Positions 55,743 through 64,000 of a stretch of DNA of 64,000 nt are shown here, one piece after another; the stretch's first letter is position 1; each line of letters starts with the position of its first letter. The DNA lies in the IMG/VR virus record IMGVR_UViG_3300036861_000275, positions 28,313 to 92,312 of that record; one strand, 5' to 3'. This DNA is from a virus. Made by a program: the position numbers and the translations under genes. The notes beneath the pieces are model-generated. The model had not been told where the DNA came from, did not search any database, and was given only the letters and a program-made list of their open reading frames with translations.

Positions 55743-56806
55743 CCCTCAGACCTTCGGTCCTGGACAAAGACAGGGGCGCTGAAGGTGATCCCGCGTTCTG
55801 GAGTTGTTATCCAGAGCGACTGCTGCGGCGGCTCCGGTTCGAAGTTGCTGACATAGGCGTACTCGTCGTAGCCCTTGAGACAGCCGCCTACCAGAAGACC
55901 GCGCGACGGCAGGAAGATGTTTTGATGCCAGTGCCCGATTAGCATGATGTCGTATGGACGGCCGGCCGCGGCCTGACGACGGGTCTTCCGATGAGTGCCC
56001 AACATCAAGGGCGCCAGCGCTCCTGAAATACCGGACCCGCCTCTAAATTGATCACCGTGGGTGAGCAGATACCTGGTCGAGTAGACACTCACGTGGGCGT
56101 CCGCCGCCTGGGAGATCTCCCACGTAATGCGGGCGTCTAACGCTAGTTCTCGTGATAGCAGCCGATAGAGCAGCCAGTCCAGGTTATCGGCGGCACGCTT
56201 CTTAGCGATCGGCTTGCGCGTCATGCGACCGTGATTACCCGGCACGCCGGCTACATGCACCCTGCCGAACTCGTTGGCTAGTAGTTTGATACCTTGAGCC
56301 ATCGGTCCAATCCAGTGCAGCAGTGAACCGAATAGAGTATCGGAGTTGGTGCGGGCTAACTCCTCATGAATGTTGCCAGAAAATATGTCCCCGCCTAAGG
56401 CAAGAAAGACGCCGTCATACTTCACGCCGCCGAGATAATGGCGCCCTAGCAGGATGGCCCTCTCAAAGCAGCGGCGCAGCCGTAATTCGGCTATCTCCCG
56501 ATTGTAGGCATTGATGCCGTCGACCTCGGCCGGGTCTACGACCTCATCGAAGTGTGTGTCCGTGATAAGCAAACACAGTGTTGCGTGATGCTCTTTCTCG
56601 GTCTTCTTAGGCGGCGCAATCCAGGTGGGTCGCCTGATGGCGGTCGCGTCCAGCATCTCAATCAGATGCACCTGCTCATCGAGGCGAGACCGTTCTTGCT
56701 CTAGGAGTCGGACGCTAGCCTTTAGGGCTGCAATCTTGCGTCCAGCCGTGTCCTGTTCGCGTTGCGCCGCAACAGCCGCTTCATGGACACCGCCCTTTTT
56801 GCTCAT
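55736..56806 (-). CDS. calcineurin-like metallophosphoesterase
   Basis: DTH, GD, GNHG, HGD, GHWH; N-terminal coiled coil. Confidence 0.88.
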   Translation of the reverse strand: MSKKGGVHEAAVAAQREQDTAGRKIAALKASVRLLEQERSRLDEQVHLIEMLDATAIRRPTWIAPPKKTEKEHHATLCLLITDTHFDEVVDPAEVDGINAYNREIAELRLRRCFERAILLGRHYLGGVKYDGVFLALGGDIFSGNIHEELARTNSDTLFGSLLHWIGPMAQGIKLLANEFGRVHVAGVPGNHGRMTRKPIAKKRAADNLDWLLYRLLSRELALDARITWEISQAADAHVSVYSTRYLLTHGDQFRGGSGISGALAPLMLGTHRKTRRQAAAGRPYDIMLIGHWHQNIFLPSRGLLVGGCLKGYDEYAYVSNFEPEPPQQSLWITTPERGITFSAPVFVQDRRSEGW

Positions 56807-56819
56807 CTCTGGCTGTCCC

Positions 56820-57104
56820 TCATACCTTGTTCCCCTTCTTGGGCCTTATAGCATCGCAGTGTTCGCAGCCGTGCGCTCGGTTGATCACGATGGCGTTGCG
56901 TCCACCAGTGTAACCGTATTTCTGGAGCCCGCGCACGATCGCCGCGACGGTGACGGAATAGTCATCCAGGGCATCGAATGTGCCCTTCACGTGTTCCGGG
57001 TGCTTAATCAGGAACTTTACCAGTTTACAGGGGCCTGGATTGTTGTTTCGCATCTCCTTCCGAAACGTATCCAGAGTGAGCGCTGACCTCTTCGATATTG
57101 CCAT
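56820..57104 (-). CDS. hypothetical protein
   Basis: GGAGG RBS; terminal HGCEHC. Confidence 0.6.
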   Translation of the reverse strand: MAISKRSALTLDTFRKEMRNNNPGPCKLVKFLIKHPEHVKGTFDALDDYSVTVAAIVRGLQKYGYTGGRNAIVINRAHGCEHCDAIRPKKGNKV

Positions 57105-57113
57105 ATCCCTCCC

Positions 57114-58742
57114 CTAAACTCCCATGAAAGTGCCCGGCCCAGCCTCTCTAGGTGGCGGCGCGCTGCGCCTCATACCAGCTCGTAGCCATTCAGCGGCCGG
57201 GTACTTGACTGCGAGTGCATAGAATAGGGCGTCGCATGTGTTACTCCAGCGCCCCGAGACACGCTTGGCAGCCTCCGCGGTCATAATGATGCGCCCGGTC
57301 GATTGGTCCTTGGGATACCTGAAGCGGCCCTCTAGACCGGAGATCAAATCCCTATTCTCGCCCTTTTCGATCATCATGAACCGCCTACCGCCTTTCGCGC
57401 TCCGCTCGAAACAGGCTAGAGCCGATGCGCGTCTCTCCTCCCATCCTACCGGACCAGGCTGTAGTGATGTGCCTAGTAATTGCATCAAGACCTGCCCCGC
57501 CGTTAGCTGTTGATTCAGAAATACCGGGTCACCTATGTCCTCAAATACAAGTCCGCCCTTTGGACCTCGACCCCACGACGTCGGCTGTGCCCCGCGCATC
57601 AGTAGACCATTCTTACCGAGCCATGGCAACAGCCATCCTCGGATTAACTGCTCCATCGTCGCGTTCTCCATGACGTGGCTGCCGAGCACGTTGACGCCCC
57701 TGTTCTCCGGGAGTATCTGCATGATGACACAAGCAGGATTCGGCTCTTGATCCCACCCTCGTATGATAGGCAGGAACTTGAAAACCGGAAGCGTCTCCGT
57801 TGAAATGTGCTCTTGCGAGAAATTCGGGACGACAGGTTCGCCAACCTGGACGCCGCCGCGCCGGCCTTCCACGAGGCGCGCGACTAGATCATGCCGTCCA
57901 ATAGACTCTAGGAGTTGTTTGTTACGCTCTCGGTAAAGATCAAACTCTCTGGCGCTCTCGGACCAGGCATCACTAGTGGATTGATCAGCAGCTGTTTCGA
58001 TGGCTAAAGCCCTGAAATGAGACGACTTTTCGCCTTGTGGGATCAAGACCCTAGTCACCGACATACTCGCCATGCCAAGTTCTTCCAGCCGCTCCTCGAC
58101 TTTACATATCCAGTGGTCCTGGTCCGGGCTATTCATGGTGACCAGGATTCTCTGCCAGGATACGCCGCTCTGTCTGAGGCAGCTGCCGCCTAGAGCGAAT
58201 ACCTCTTCCGGCACACCTGTGTCCAGTCCCGCAGCAGGCGCGACCTCCTCGAGCCATAGCACCCCGCAGACGAAGCCTTGTAGCTTGTCCGAGTCGGCCT
58301 GCCGATCGAGTCCGAAGAAGTAGATATGCACCATCGGGCGCAGGCCGTCGTTGTCTAATAGGACGCACTCTCGCTTCCCGTCGTGCCAGGCCATCTTGAC
58401 ACCCTTACGTCTCATCTCCTCGATAGAGACCAGGGTCGTGCGCTGGAGGTTGATGAACGTATCCCGGACGCATGCTACCCGGAGTGGAAGCGCCCACTTT
58501 CTGCCCTCGCGGTCAATTCTGTCCGCTAACGCCACGCAGGCCATGAGCCCAGAAGCCGTCTTGCCCTCTCCTCGAGGGCCCTCCAGGATCATAATCCTCA
58601 TCTCGCCCGCGGGCCCGCTGGCAGTACCGGCTATGTAGTATTCCTGGCTGGCCGTCGGTACGAACTCGGGGGAGATGGATGGCGTCGATGCTTTCCATGC
58701 GTCGAGTGGGGACGGATTAACAGACCGTTCGTCGTCGCTCAT
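57114..58742 (-). CDS. terL: terminase large subunit
   Basis: EGPRGEGKT Walker A, WLEE Walker B, TMNSP coupling motif, IRGWD and CDAL.Y nuclease motifs. Confidence 0.85.
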   Translation of the reverse strand: MSDDERSVNPSPLDAWKASTPSISPEFVPTASQEYYIAGTASGPAGEMRIMILEGPRGEGKTASGLMACVALADRIDREGRKWALPLRVACVRDTFINLQRTTLVSIEEMRRKGVKMAWHDGKRECVLLDNDGLRPMVHIYFFGLDRQADSDKLQGFVCGVLWLEEVAPAAGLDTGVPEEVFALGGSCLRQSGVSWQRILVTMNSPDQDHWICKVEERLEELGMASMSVTRVLIPQGEKSSHFRALAIETAADQSTSDAWSESAREFDLYRERNKQLLESIGRHDLVARLVEGRRGGVQVGEPVVPNFSQEHISTETLPVFKFLPIIRGWDQEPNPACVIMQILPENRGVNVLGSHVMENATMEQLIRGWLLPWLGKNGLLMRGAQPTSWGRGPKGGLVFEDIGDPVFLNQQLTAGQVLMQLLGTSLQPGPVGWEERRASALACFERSAKGGRRFMMIEKGENRDLISGLEGRFRYPKDQSTGRIIMTAEAAKRVSGRWSNTCDALFYALAVKYPAAEWLRAGMRRSAPPPREAGPGTFMGV

Positions 58743-58952
58743 TAACGCCATTCGTCAGGATCTACATCAGAGGAACCCATCAAGAGCAAAACCGACAGGA
58801 TCAAAGCGGCACCTGTGATGAGACCGACTAGTAGTGCCATACCGTAGTCGCATTCCATAGATCCTATTCTACCTCCTCGTGACGCTCGCCGGCCCCAATG
58901 TCGTCTGAGGCCGGCGGGCCACGTGGATCGACCTATATAGTGTAACCAGTCG

Positions 58953-59438
58953 TTATTGTGTCACTTCCCCTTCTTGCCGAACGGATTCGGCTTTGGGGCG
59001 CCCTTTGGGGGCGCCGGAGTCTTGGGGTACGCCATCTGTATCACCTCCCTTCTTTGGTACTGCTATGCACGGCCTGTCGAGCTTAATCACTTCTATCACG
59101 GTCCTAGGGTTAGCTTTGTCGTAGTAGCGCCATGCCGCCACCGAGAGGACCTGGGAGTCGTCATCCCACACAACCCCTGTCAGCGCGTCGATGGCTAGCT
59201 TCAGGAGATTGTCGATGTCCTGCCGTCGGCGAGTGGCGTGGAAGAATGCGACCGCGAGACCGTATGCGGTATCGGCTTTTGGTTTGATGTCCTGGATTTG
59301 TGATTTGACCGTGATTGCGATGTGTTTCTCCCGGTCTCTGGTCGTCTTAGGCGTGAACGCTATACCGGTCTTGCGGACAAAGCGTGGCCTGCCCTTCCCG
59401 ATAGGATCTCCTGGAATGGTAATACTGAGGATGCTCAC
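58953..59438 (-). CDS. rusA: RusA family Holliday junction resolvase
   Basis: P.GKGRPR, DIDNLLKLAIDAL.G.VWDDDSQV. Confidence 0.92.
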   Translation of the reverse strand: MSILSITIPGDPIGKGRPRFVRKTGIAFTPKTTRDREKHIAITVKSQIQDIKPKADTAYGLAVAFFHATRRRQDIDNLLKLAIDALTGVVWDDDSQVLSVAAWRYYDKANPRTVIEVIKLDRPCIAVPKKGGDTDGVPQDSGAPKGRPKAESVRQEGEVTQ

Positions 59439-60346
59439 TGGGCCGGCTCAGGCGACTCCGGCTCGGCGAGCTTCGCCTTCCACCAATCCGGCAGCCCTGC
59501 TGCTACCCCCCGGACAATCTTCGGCATCGCCCACGCCATCAGCTTGTCTGCAATTTCCTCCCGACATTCCTTCTCGACGTCGGCTCTCACCTCTCGCATC
59601 AGCGCCCCGATGTCTTGGGGGGAGTTCGTGAGCACCCCTCGCTCTTGGAGGTGTATAGCGGCCTTGTTCCATCTCGCCGGTGTCGCAAGGGCCTTTTGAA
59701 TCCCGGTGATGATGTCAACGCTGCCCGGATTCGCAGCCTTCCATGCGGCGGCGTGGATCTCCGTGAATTCCTTGCTGACCACCTTAGCCATCAGCGGGAA
59801 TTTCTTGGAGTTGGGGTCCATATCGAAGTAGTTCTTGATGACCACGCCCTCAATGTCCTGTCCGCCCAGAACACTCGGTCGCTTCAACAGGCCAAGCCAG
59901 TCGAACCCGAGGGCCGCCGTCCCGACGTAGATGATGGGTACCGTCTCCCATCCAAGCCCCTGTGCTTCATACAACAGCTCTGCTGGAACTAGAAATCTAC
60001 CCGGCTCAGTCTCGACGTCGAACAGAATCACGTTATCTTGAGGAATACGGTCGTAGGCTAGAACGTTGTGCCTCGGTCTGGATAGGTACTCTGCCCGATA
60101 GATCCATCCAGGCTTGAGCGTCGAGGCCCGGCTTAGAATCTGTTGCACTCCCGGCGCGAATAGCTTCTCCGGTGCTTCCAAGTCGATTCTGGCGCCCTTC
60201 GATCGGATCTCGATGCCGCCGGCGCCATCAGCCGAGAAAGAGATTTGAGACCCGTCGATTTTCTCCTGTATGACGACAGGTCCGGTGAATAGCCTTTCGG
60301 CGTACTTGTGTTTCAGGTGGTAGATATTGGCGTAGGACTCTAGCAT
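59435..60346 (-). CDS. RNA ligase family (Rnl2-like nucleotidyltransferase)
   Basis: QEKIDGS, AEY, LFDV, EGVVIK, AK.VS..F.E. Confidence 0.85.
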   Translation of the reverse strand: MLESYANIYHLKHKYAERLFTGPVVIQEKIDGSQISFSADGAGGIEIRSKGARIDLEAPEKLFAPGVQQILSRASTLKPGWIYRAEYLSRPRHNVLAYDRIPQDNVILFDVETEPGRFLVPAELLYEAQGLGWETVPIIYVGTAALGFDWLGLLKRPSVLGGQDIEGVVIKNYFDMDPNSKKFPLMAKVVSKEFTEIHAAAWKAANPGSVDIITGIQKALATPARWNKAAIHLQERGVLTNSPQDIGALMREVRADVEKECREEIADKLMAWAMPKIVRGVAAGLPDWWKAKLAEPESPEPAQ

Positions 60347-60359
60347 CCCTATCCCCCTT

Positions 60360-60548
60360 CTAGGCGTCCGTCGCACTCACGTAGGGATTGTGCCGGTTGC
60401 TGCCAGGTTCCGGACATGGCGGGTTCAAGTCTTTGTCGTCACCATCCGGCTCGATCGTGCCATCGGCGAGGGCAATCTCGTTCTGGTCCTCGATACCACA
60501 ATCTAGACACCAGGCTCCGGGCCATCCACTCCACCTATGATTCAGCAT
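60360..60548 (-). CDS. small Cys/His protein
   Basis: H.WSGWPGAWCLDCG..D. Confidence 0.55.
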   Translation of the reverse strand: MLNHRWSGWPGAWCLDCGIEDQNEIALADGTIEPDGDDKDLNPPCPEPGSNRHNPYVSATDA

Positions 60549-60979
60549 TGGTAGAGCACCACCTCGGCTCCCGCCTCGAGAGCGAGAGCCCGAGCCTGCT
60601 CGAGGCTCATCCCCCAGCGATCGACCTTATCCTGCGGTATCGTCGGCGCTACGAAGCGCTTGATACCGGCCGACAGCATCAGCATGGCACATCTGGTACA
60701 GGATAGAAACGGCCATGTGTAGAGTGTCGCCCCTCGGACCGACCTGGTAGCGTTGACCAGCGCGTTACACTCGCAGTGCACGATCAGTTCGTACTTGATG
60801 ACCCGATCGTTAAGGCGCTCTTCTGTGTCCGCAATGCCTGGTGGGAAGCCGTTGTAGCCAGCACCTATGATGATCCGGTTCTCGACAATGACTGCGCCTG
60901 TCTTCGTGCTCGGATCTTTACTCCAACCAGCGATGCTTTGAGCAATGCTCAGGAATCGTCGATCCCACTTCTCATTCAT
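60542..60979 (-). CDS. dCMP deaminase
   Basis: SKDPST..GA, GYNG.P, HCE.NA, C..C. Confidence 0.92.
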   Translation of the reverse strand: MNEKWDRRFLSIAQSIAGWSKDPSTKTGAVIVENRIIIGAGYNGFPPGIADTEERLNDRVIKYELIVHCECNALVNATRSVRGATLYTWPFLSCTRCAMLMLSAGIKRFVAPTIPQDKVDRWGMSLEQARALALEAGAEVVLYQC

Positions 60980-61126
60980 CTATTTGCCTCCAGGGGCAGA
61001 GTGACAAGCATGCTCCCTGAGGGCCTCCTTGAGAGTCCTGTCGATATTACCCAAGCCGGTCGCTAGGGTGGCAACCAGGAAGAAGCCTATTACGACAATC
61101 GTGATGCCTGTCAAAACATCGCTCAT
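60980..61126 (-). CDS. small membrane protein
   Basis: ATGA-coupled start MSDVLTGITIVVIGFF. Confidence 0.5.
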   Translation of the reverse strand: MSDVLTGITIVVIGFFLVATLATGLGNIDRTLKEALREHACHSAPGGK

Positions 61127-61299
61127 TGGTGCGAGCTGTCCTTTCTGAGATATGCTGGTCCTTGCCACTGCCGCCACGGGTGTCCAGGTTTGTGTTGCTT
61201 TGCCAGTTTGGCGGCAAGGGCCGGAGTGAAGTGCCCTGCCAGGTTGCGGCCTGGCTTGGGCTTGCTCACTGTAGGGCGCGCCGGCTTCTTGTTGGTCAT
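61123..61299 (-). CDS. 58-aa basic protein (not in track)
   Basis: MTNKKPARP...HPWRQW; ATGA-coupled at both ends. Confidence 0.5.
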   Translation of the reverse strand: MTNKKPARPTVSKPKPGRNLAGHFTPALAAKLAKQHKPGHPWRQWQGPAYLRKDSSHQ

Positions 61300-61475
61300 G
61301 GATCGGTACAGTCCCTCGTGTAGCCACAGGCCTCACAACGCAACTTACAGTGATGCTCGGTCATGACATTACCGCATTGATCGCAAAGCGCGGGGGCACC
61401 ATCGCGAGGAACTTCATATTCGCGCCTCTCCGGCAGATCCTCTCCCCCGGGGTGGGAACCTGCTGGCGCCATCAT
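61296..61475 (-). CDS. 59-aa zinc-finger protein (HVO_2523-like; not in track)
   Basis: CDQCGNVMTEHHCKLRCEACGYTRDCTDP. Confidence 0.65.
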   Translation of the reverse strand: MMAPAGSHPGGEDLPERREYEVPRDGAPALCDQCGNVMTEHHCKLRCEACGYTRDCTDP

Positions 61476-61581
61476 AAAGGTTGGGCGCCGCCGCGTCGCG
61501 CATCGGCGGTTTCAATCCCCTTAGGGACACCAGGCCGGTCGTGTACGGCTGGTGCGCTCCCTCCAGGGCCATCGCCCAAAA

Positions 61582-62574
61582 TCACTTGGTTTTCTCTTCC
61601 CAGTACGACAGGATGTCCTTCAACGTCTGCTCGAACTTGATTGTCGGGGCCCAGCCCAGCTCTGCCGTTATCTTGTCGTGGCTCCCCCGTAGAACTGGCA
61701 CGTCAGACGGGCGAAGACGGTTCATGTCCAGTCGAATATCTACCTGGTCATCGGTGAGACCGGCCTCCGTCAACAGTGTGTCCAACACGTCAGCTATCTC
61801 CCAGTCTTCCCCTGAGCACAGATTGTAGACTTCGCCCGGCGTCCCTCGCAACAGTAAATCCCAGTATCCCCGGACGATGTCTCGGACGTCGGTATAGTCG
61901 CGTCTCGCCATCAAGTCGCCGACGAAGATGGGGGGATGTTTCTCTCCGGCCTCGATCGCCTTCCGAGCCCTGAGAACTTGGCGGGCGAAGTTCGATGTCA
62001 CGAAATGTTCGCCTCGACGTGGCCCTTCGTGATTGAAGGCCCTGGACCGGATAATCTGTAGACCGTAGCTCTTGAAGTACTGATAGCCCATCAGGTCTTG
62101 AGCTACCTTCGATACTGCGTATGGAGACAGCGGCCGTAGTGGTTGGCTCTCGGAGACAGGTAGTTCCTCCTCGGCGATGAATCCATACTCCTCGCTCGAC
62201 CCGATTACCAGGACCCTGGTGTCTGTCCCGGCCATGGCGGTCCCGAGTACTGCTTCTAGCACGTTCATCTGGCCTATCACATTGTTGGTCAACGTGTGAT
62301 GCGGCTGATCCCACGATGCCCGCACGAACGACTGGGCGGCCAGGTGGATGATGTATCTGTATCCGCTCTCTTCGTTGATCAGATCCTGCACCGACACAGG
62401 GTCCGTCAGCTCACAGTGGGCCAGCCTCAGCCGCGTATTGCCCAACACGCCCTGTAGATTCTCGACATTAGACCGCAGCCGTATGGCGGCGGTGACGTCT
62501 GCCCCCTTGCCGAGAGCGTACTCGACAAAGTGAGAGCCTACGAATCCATTAGCGCCGGTTACTAAGACTTTCAT
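61582..62574 (-). CDS. gmd: GDP-mannose 4,6-dehydratase family SDR
   Basis: VTGANGFVG, HLAAQSFV..SW, SSEEYG, SPYAVSK, FNHEGPRRG..FVT, RDYTDVRD. Confidence 0.85.
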   Translation of the reverse strand: MKVLVTGANGFVGSHFVEYALGKGADVTAAIRLRSNVENLQGVLGNTRLRLAHCELTDPVSVQDLINEESGYRYIIHLAAQSFVRASWDQPHHTLTNNVIGQMNVLEAVLGTAMAGTDTRVLVIGSSEEYGFIAEEELPVSESQPLRPLSPYAVSKVAQDLMGYQYFKSYGLQIIRSRAFNHEGPRRGEHFVTSNFARQVLRARKAIEAGEKHPPIFVGDLMARRDYTDVRDIVRGYWDLLLRGTPGEVYNLCSGEDWEIADVLDTLLTEAGLTDDQVDIRLDMNRLRPSDVPVLRGSHDKITAELGWAPTIKFEQTLKDILSYWEEKTK

Positions 62575-62921
62575 CGGGACGCCTGGATCGCTCTCCGCAG
62601 CAGAGCTATGACGTCTCTTTTTTCCGTGCGTAGGTCGTCGTTGAAATTTTCCACCGAGAAAGCCAGCCAGATTGGCTTGTTGATCGTATCCTTCAGTAAC
62701 CCTAGAGTGTTTTCGACGGTCCTCTTCGGGGCGTGTAGGCGGCGCGCACAAACCAAGACGGCTCCATTGAGACAGAAGCGCACAGCTTCCCGATCGCGAA
62801 TATTGGTCCAGGTCCCGTCGCGTAGTTGCGCGTTACCGCCTTGACACCAGGCCCTTCGCCCGCTGAGAAGTTTGAGCGCCCGTTGCAGCACCATCCGCGT
62901 CGTCACTTTACGGTTGATCAT
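62571..62921 (-). CDS. DUF6197-like protein, copy 3
   Basis: AWCQG..A...FCLNGA...FND. Confidence 0.7.
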   Translation of the reverse strand: MINRKVTTRMVLQRALKLLSGRRAWCQGGNAQLRDGTWTNIRDREAVRFCLNGAVLVCARRLHAPKRTVENTLGLLKDTINKPIWLAFSVENFNDDLRTEKRDVIALLRRAIQASR

Positions 62922-63253
62922 GAGCGCACCCGGATAGCGCGTTTCAGTACAGATACTACTTCTTCCCACCGCCGACCTTCCGTATCGTTATACGCCACGA
63001 TAGGCGGCAAGTTAAGGTTTCCCAGTGTTCTCAGTACTCTCCGCCTCGCCTGCCATATCTCGTCGGAGTCAGCGCCTAATCTGTATCCCGCCGCTATGAT
63101 AGCGCCGCTGAGACAGAATTGGCAGGCCGATGGATCATTCACGTTCACGTACATTCCATTAGAGTTTTGAGCCTCAAGATATTGTATCCAGTTTCTCTTC
63201 CGGCCTAGCAGCTTCAGCGCCAATCTGAGGATATTTAGTGGCCGCACTTTCAT
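62918..63253 (-). CDS. DUF6197-like protein, copy 2
   Basis: NWIQ...A...FCLSGA...YND. Confidence 0.7.
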   Translation of the reverse strand: MKVRPLNILRLALKLLGRKRNWIQYLEAQNSNGMYVNVNDPSACQFCLSGAIIAAGYRLGADSDEIWQARRRVLRTLGNLNLPPIVAYNDTEGRRWEEVVSVLKRAIRVRS

Positions 63254-63286
63254 GTTTTCCGCCCTACTTAGAAGGCCATGGCCTAT

Positions 63287-63655
63287 TTAGGAGAGTCGCT
63301 CTATCGTCCGTCGGAGCATGTCTAGAACCGGCGCCTTACTGCACTGCCTGTCATTGAAGGCTTCCACGCTCGGATACTCGGATAAAAATCCCATATGGGA
63401 GATGGTCTGGTACACGGCTCCGGAGGCGTAGTTTTCTACTTGGCCTATAAGGCTAGGGGAGATGTCGAGGCTGTAGCTGGCTTCGATGATAGCGCCACTC
63501 AAACACCAGGAACAGGCACTCTTACTGCCAGCATAGACCACGTTATCTCCCGCGTCTCGGGCGTAGGCCCTCTGGGTCCATGCTCCACGCTTACTCAGAA
63601 GGCCCATTGAGCGGTGCAAGACTGTGAGGACATGCTTCCGTTGGGCTATGGTCAT
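63287..63655 (-). CDS. DUF6197-like protein, copy 1
   Basis: AWTQ...A...WCLSGA...FND. Confidence 0.7.
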   Translation of the reverse strand: MTIAQRKHVLTVLHRSMGLLSKRGAWTQRAYARDAGDNVVYAGSKSACSWCLSGAIIEASYSLDISPSLIGQVENYASGAVYQTISHMGFLSEYPSVEAFNDRQCSKAPVLDMLRRTIERLS

Positions 63656-63765
63656 CGAGTCCTCCTATTCAGGAGGCACACTACCATACAGAGCACTCCC
63701 GTCAATACAGACAATCCAAGCCAGGCAAGTGCTCCCCACCAGGCACACGCGGGTAAGCCCCTCAC
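63652..63765 (-). CDS. 37-aa membrane peptide
   Basis: GTG overlapping the upstream TGA; single hydrophobic segment. Confidence 0.45.
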   Translation of the reverse strand: MRGLPACAWWGALAWLGLSVLTGVLCMVVCLLNRRTR

Positions 63766-64000
63766 CTCTGGCTGGCGTGCTCTGGGATCAGCCGGGAGAG
63801 CATCTCGACGCCCTTCAGTACGCCCCGATCGAATACATCGCCTTCGATCAGATGGATCTTGAGGACCCCGCACTCGGAGTGGCAACGTACCACCTTGGGG
63901 GCCTTGTAGGGCGGCGGCGGCGGGCAATCGGCCGCTATGGTCCCAGATCCGATCTGCTTCCTGTCCTCCAGGTAACAAAACAGAACCTCCAGAAGAGGGT
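63762..64000 (-). CDS. hypothetical protein, 5' truncated by window edge
   Basis: Open frame ...LEVLFCYLEDRKQIG...HASQR* ending in a GTGA overlap. Confidence 0.5.
   Translation of the reverse strand, partial: PLLEVLFCYLEDRKQIGSGTIAADCPPPPPYKAPKVVRCHSECGVLKIHLIEGDVFDRGVLKGVEMLSRLIPEHASQR

Noticed and set aside
58884-58919. Hairpin upstream of terL as a pac/cos site
   Set aside because: The stem is real, but nothing in the sequence ties it to packaging.
61481-61579. tRNA (including tRNA-Sec) call
   Set aside because: No TTCRA T-loop, no canonical anticodon arm, no UCA anticodon; kept only as a structured-RNA candidate.
63652-63978. 108-aa ORF from the track
   Set aside because: Better explained by a truncated upstream gene in another frame plus a 37-aa GTG-start peptide.
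1-64000. Genome-wide stop-codon reassignment
   Set aside because: Long genes are intact in the standard code, and TGA, TAA and TAG all end genes; only one in-frame TGA was found.
1-64000. CRISPR array, rRNA, IS element, integrase, small terminase
   Set aside because: No spaced repeats or recognisable motifs seen by eye; a small terminase may be an unrecognised ORF or lie off-window.

Overview
This 64 kb window is most of a tailed dsDNA phage genome with a podovirus-like layout, almost entirely on the minus strand. Read in transcription order (right to left) it has: accessory genes (three tandem DUF6197-like paralogs, GDP-mannose dehydratase, dCMP deaminase, RNA ligase, RusA); terminase; an ~8.6 kb terminase-portal insert (metallophosphoesterase, DUF5664, GT2 and GT4 glycosyltransferases); a P22-like portal, scaffold and N4-gp56-like capsid; tail and ejection genes including a 3979-aa polyvalent protein; lysis genes; a divergent promoter switch; recombination/replication genes; and a nonulosonic-acid (Pse/Neu-type) biosynthesis and transferase cluster running off the left edge. 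Main candidate new system (inference): six proteins in the virion module carry Sec-type signal peptides, and an O-antigen-ligase/O-oligosaccharyltransferase gene lies among them. With four glycosyltransferases and sugar-nucleotide enzymes elsewhere in the window, this suggests export, extracytoplasmic folding and glycosylation of virion accessory proteins. Other highlights: a PLA2-like ORF absent from the ORF track with an in-frame TGA at a conserved-Cys position and a hairpin just downstream (selenocysteine vs pseudogene), two complementary NeuB paralogs, and five sigma70-type promoters that all have 18-bp spacers. All family calls come from motif recognition by eye; no searches were run.
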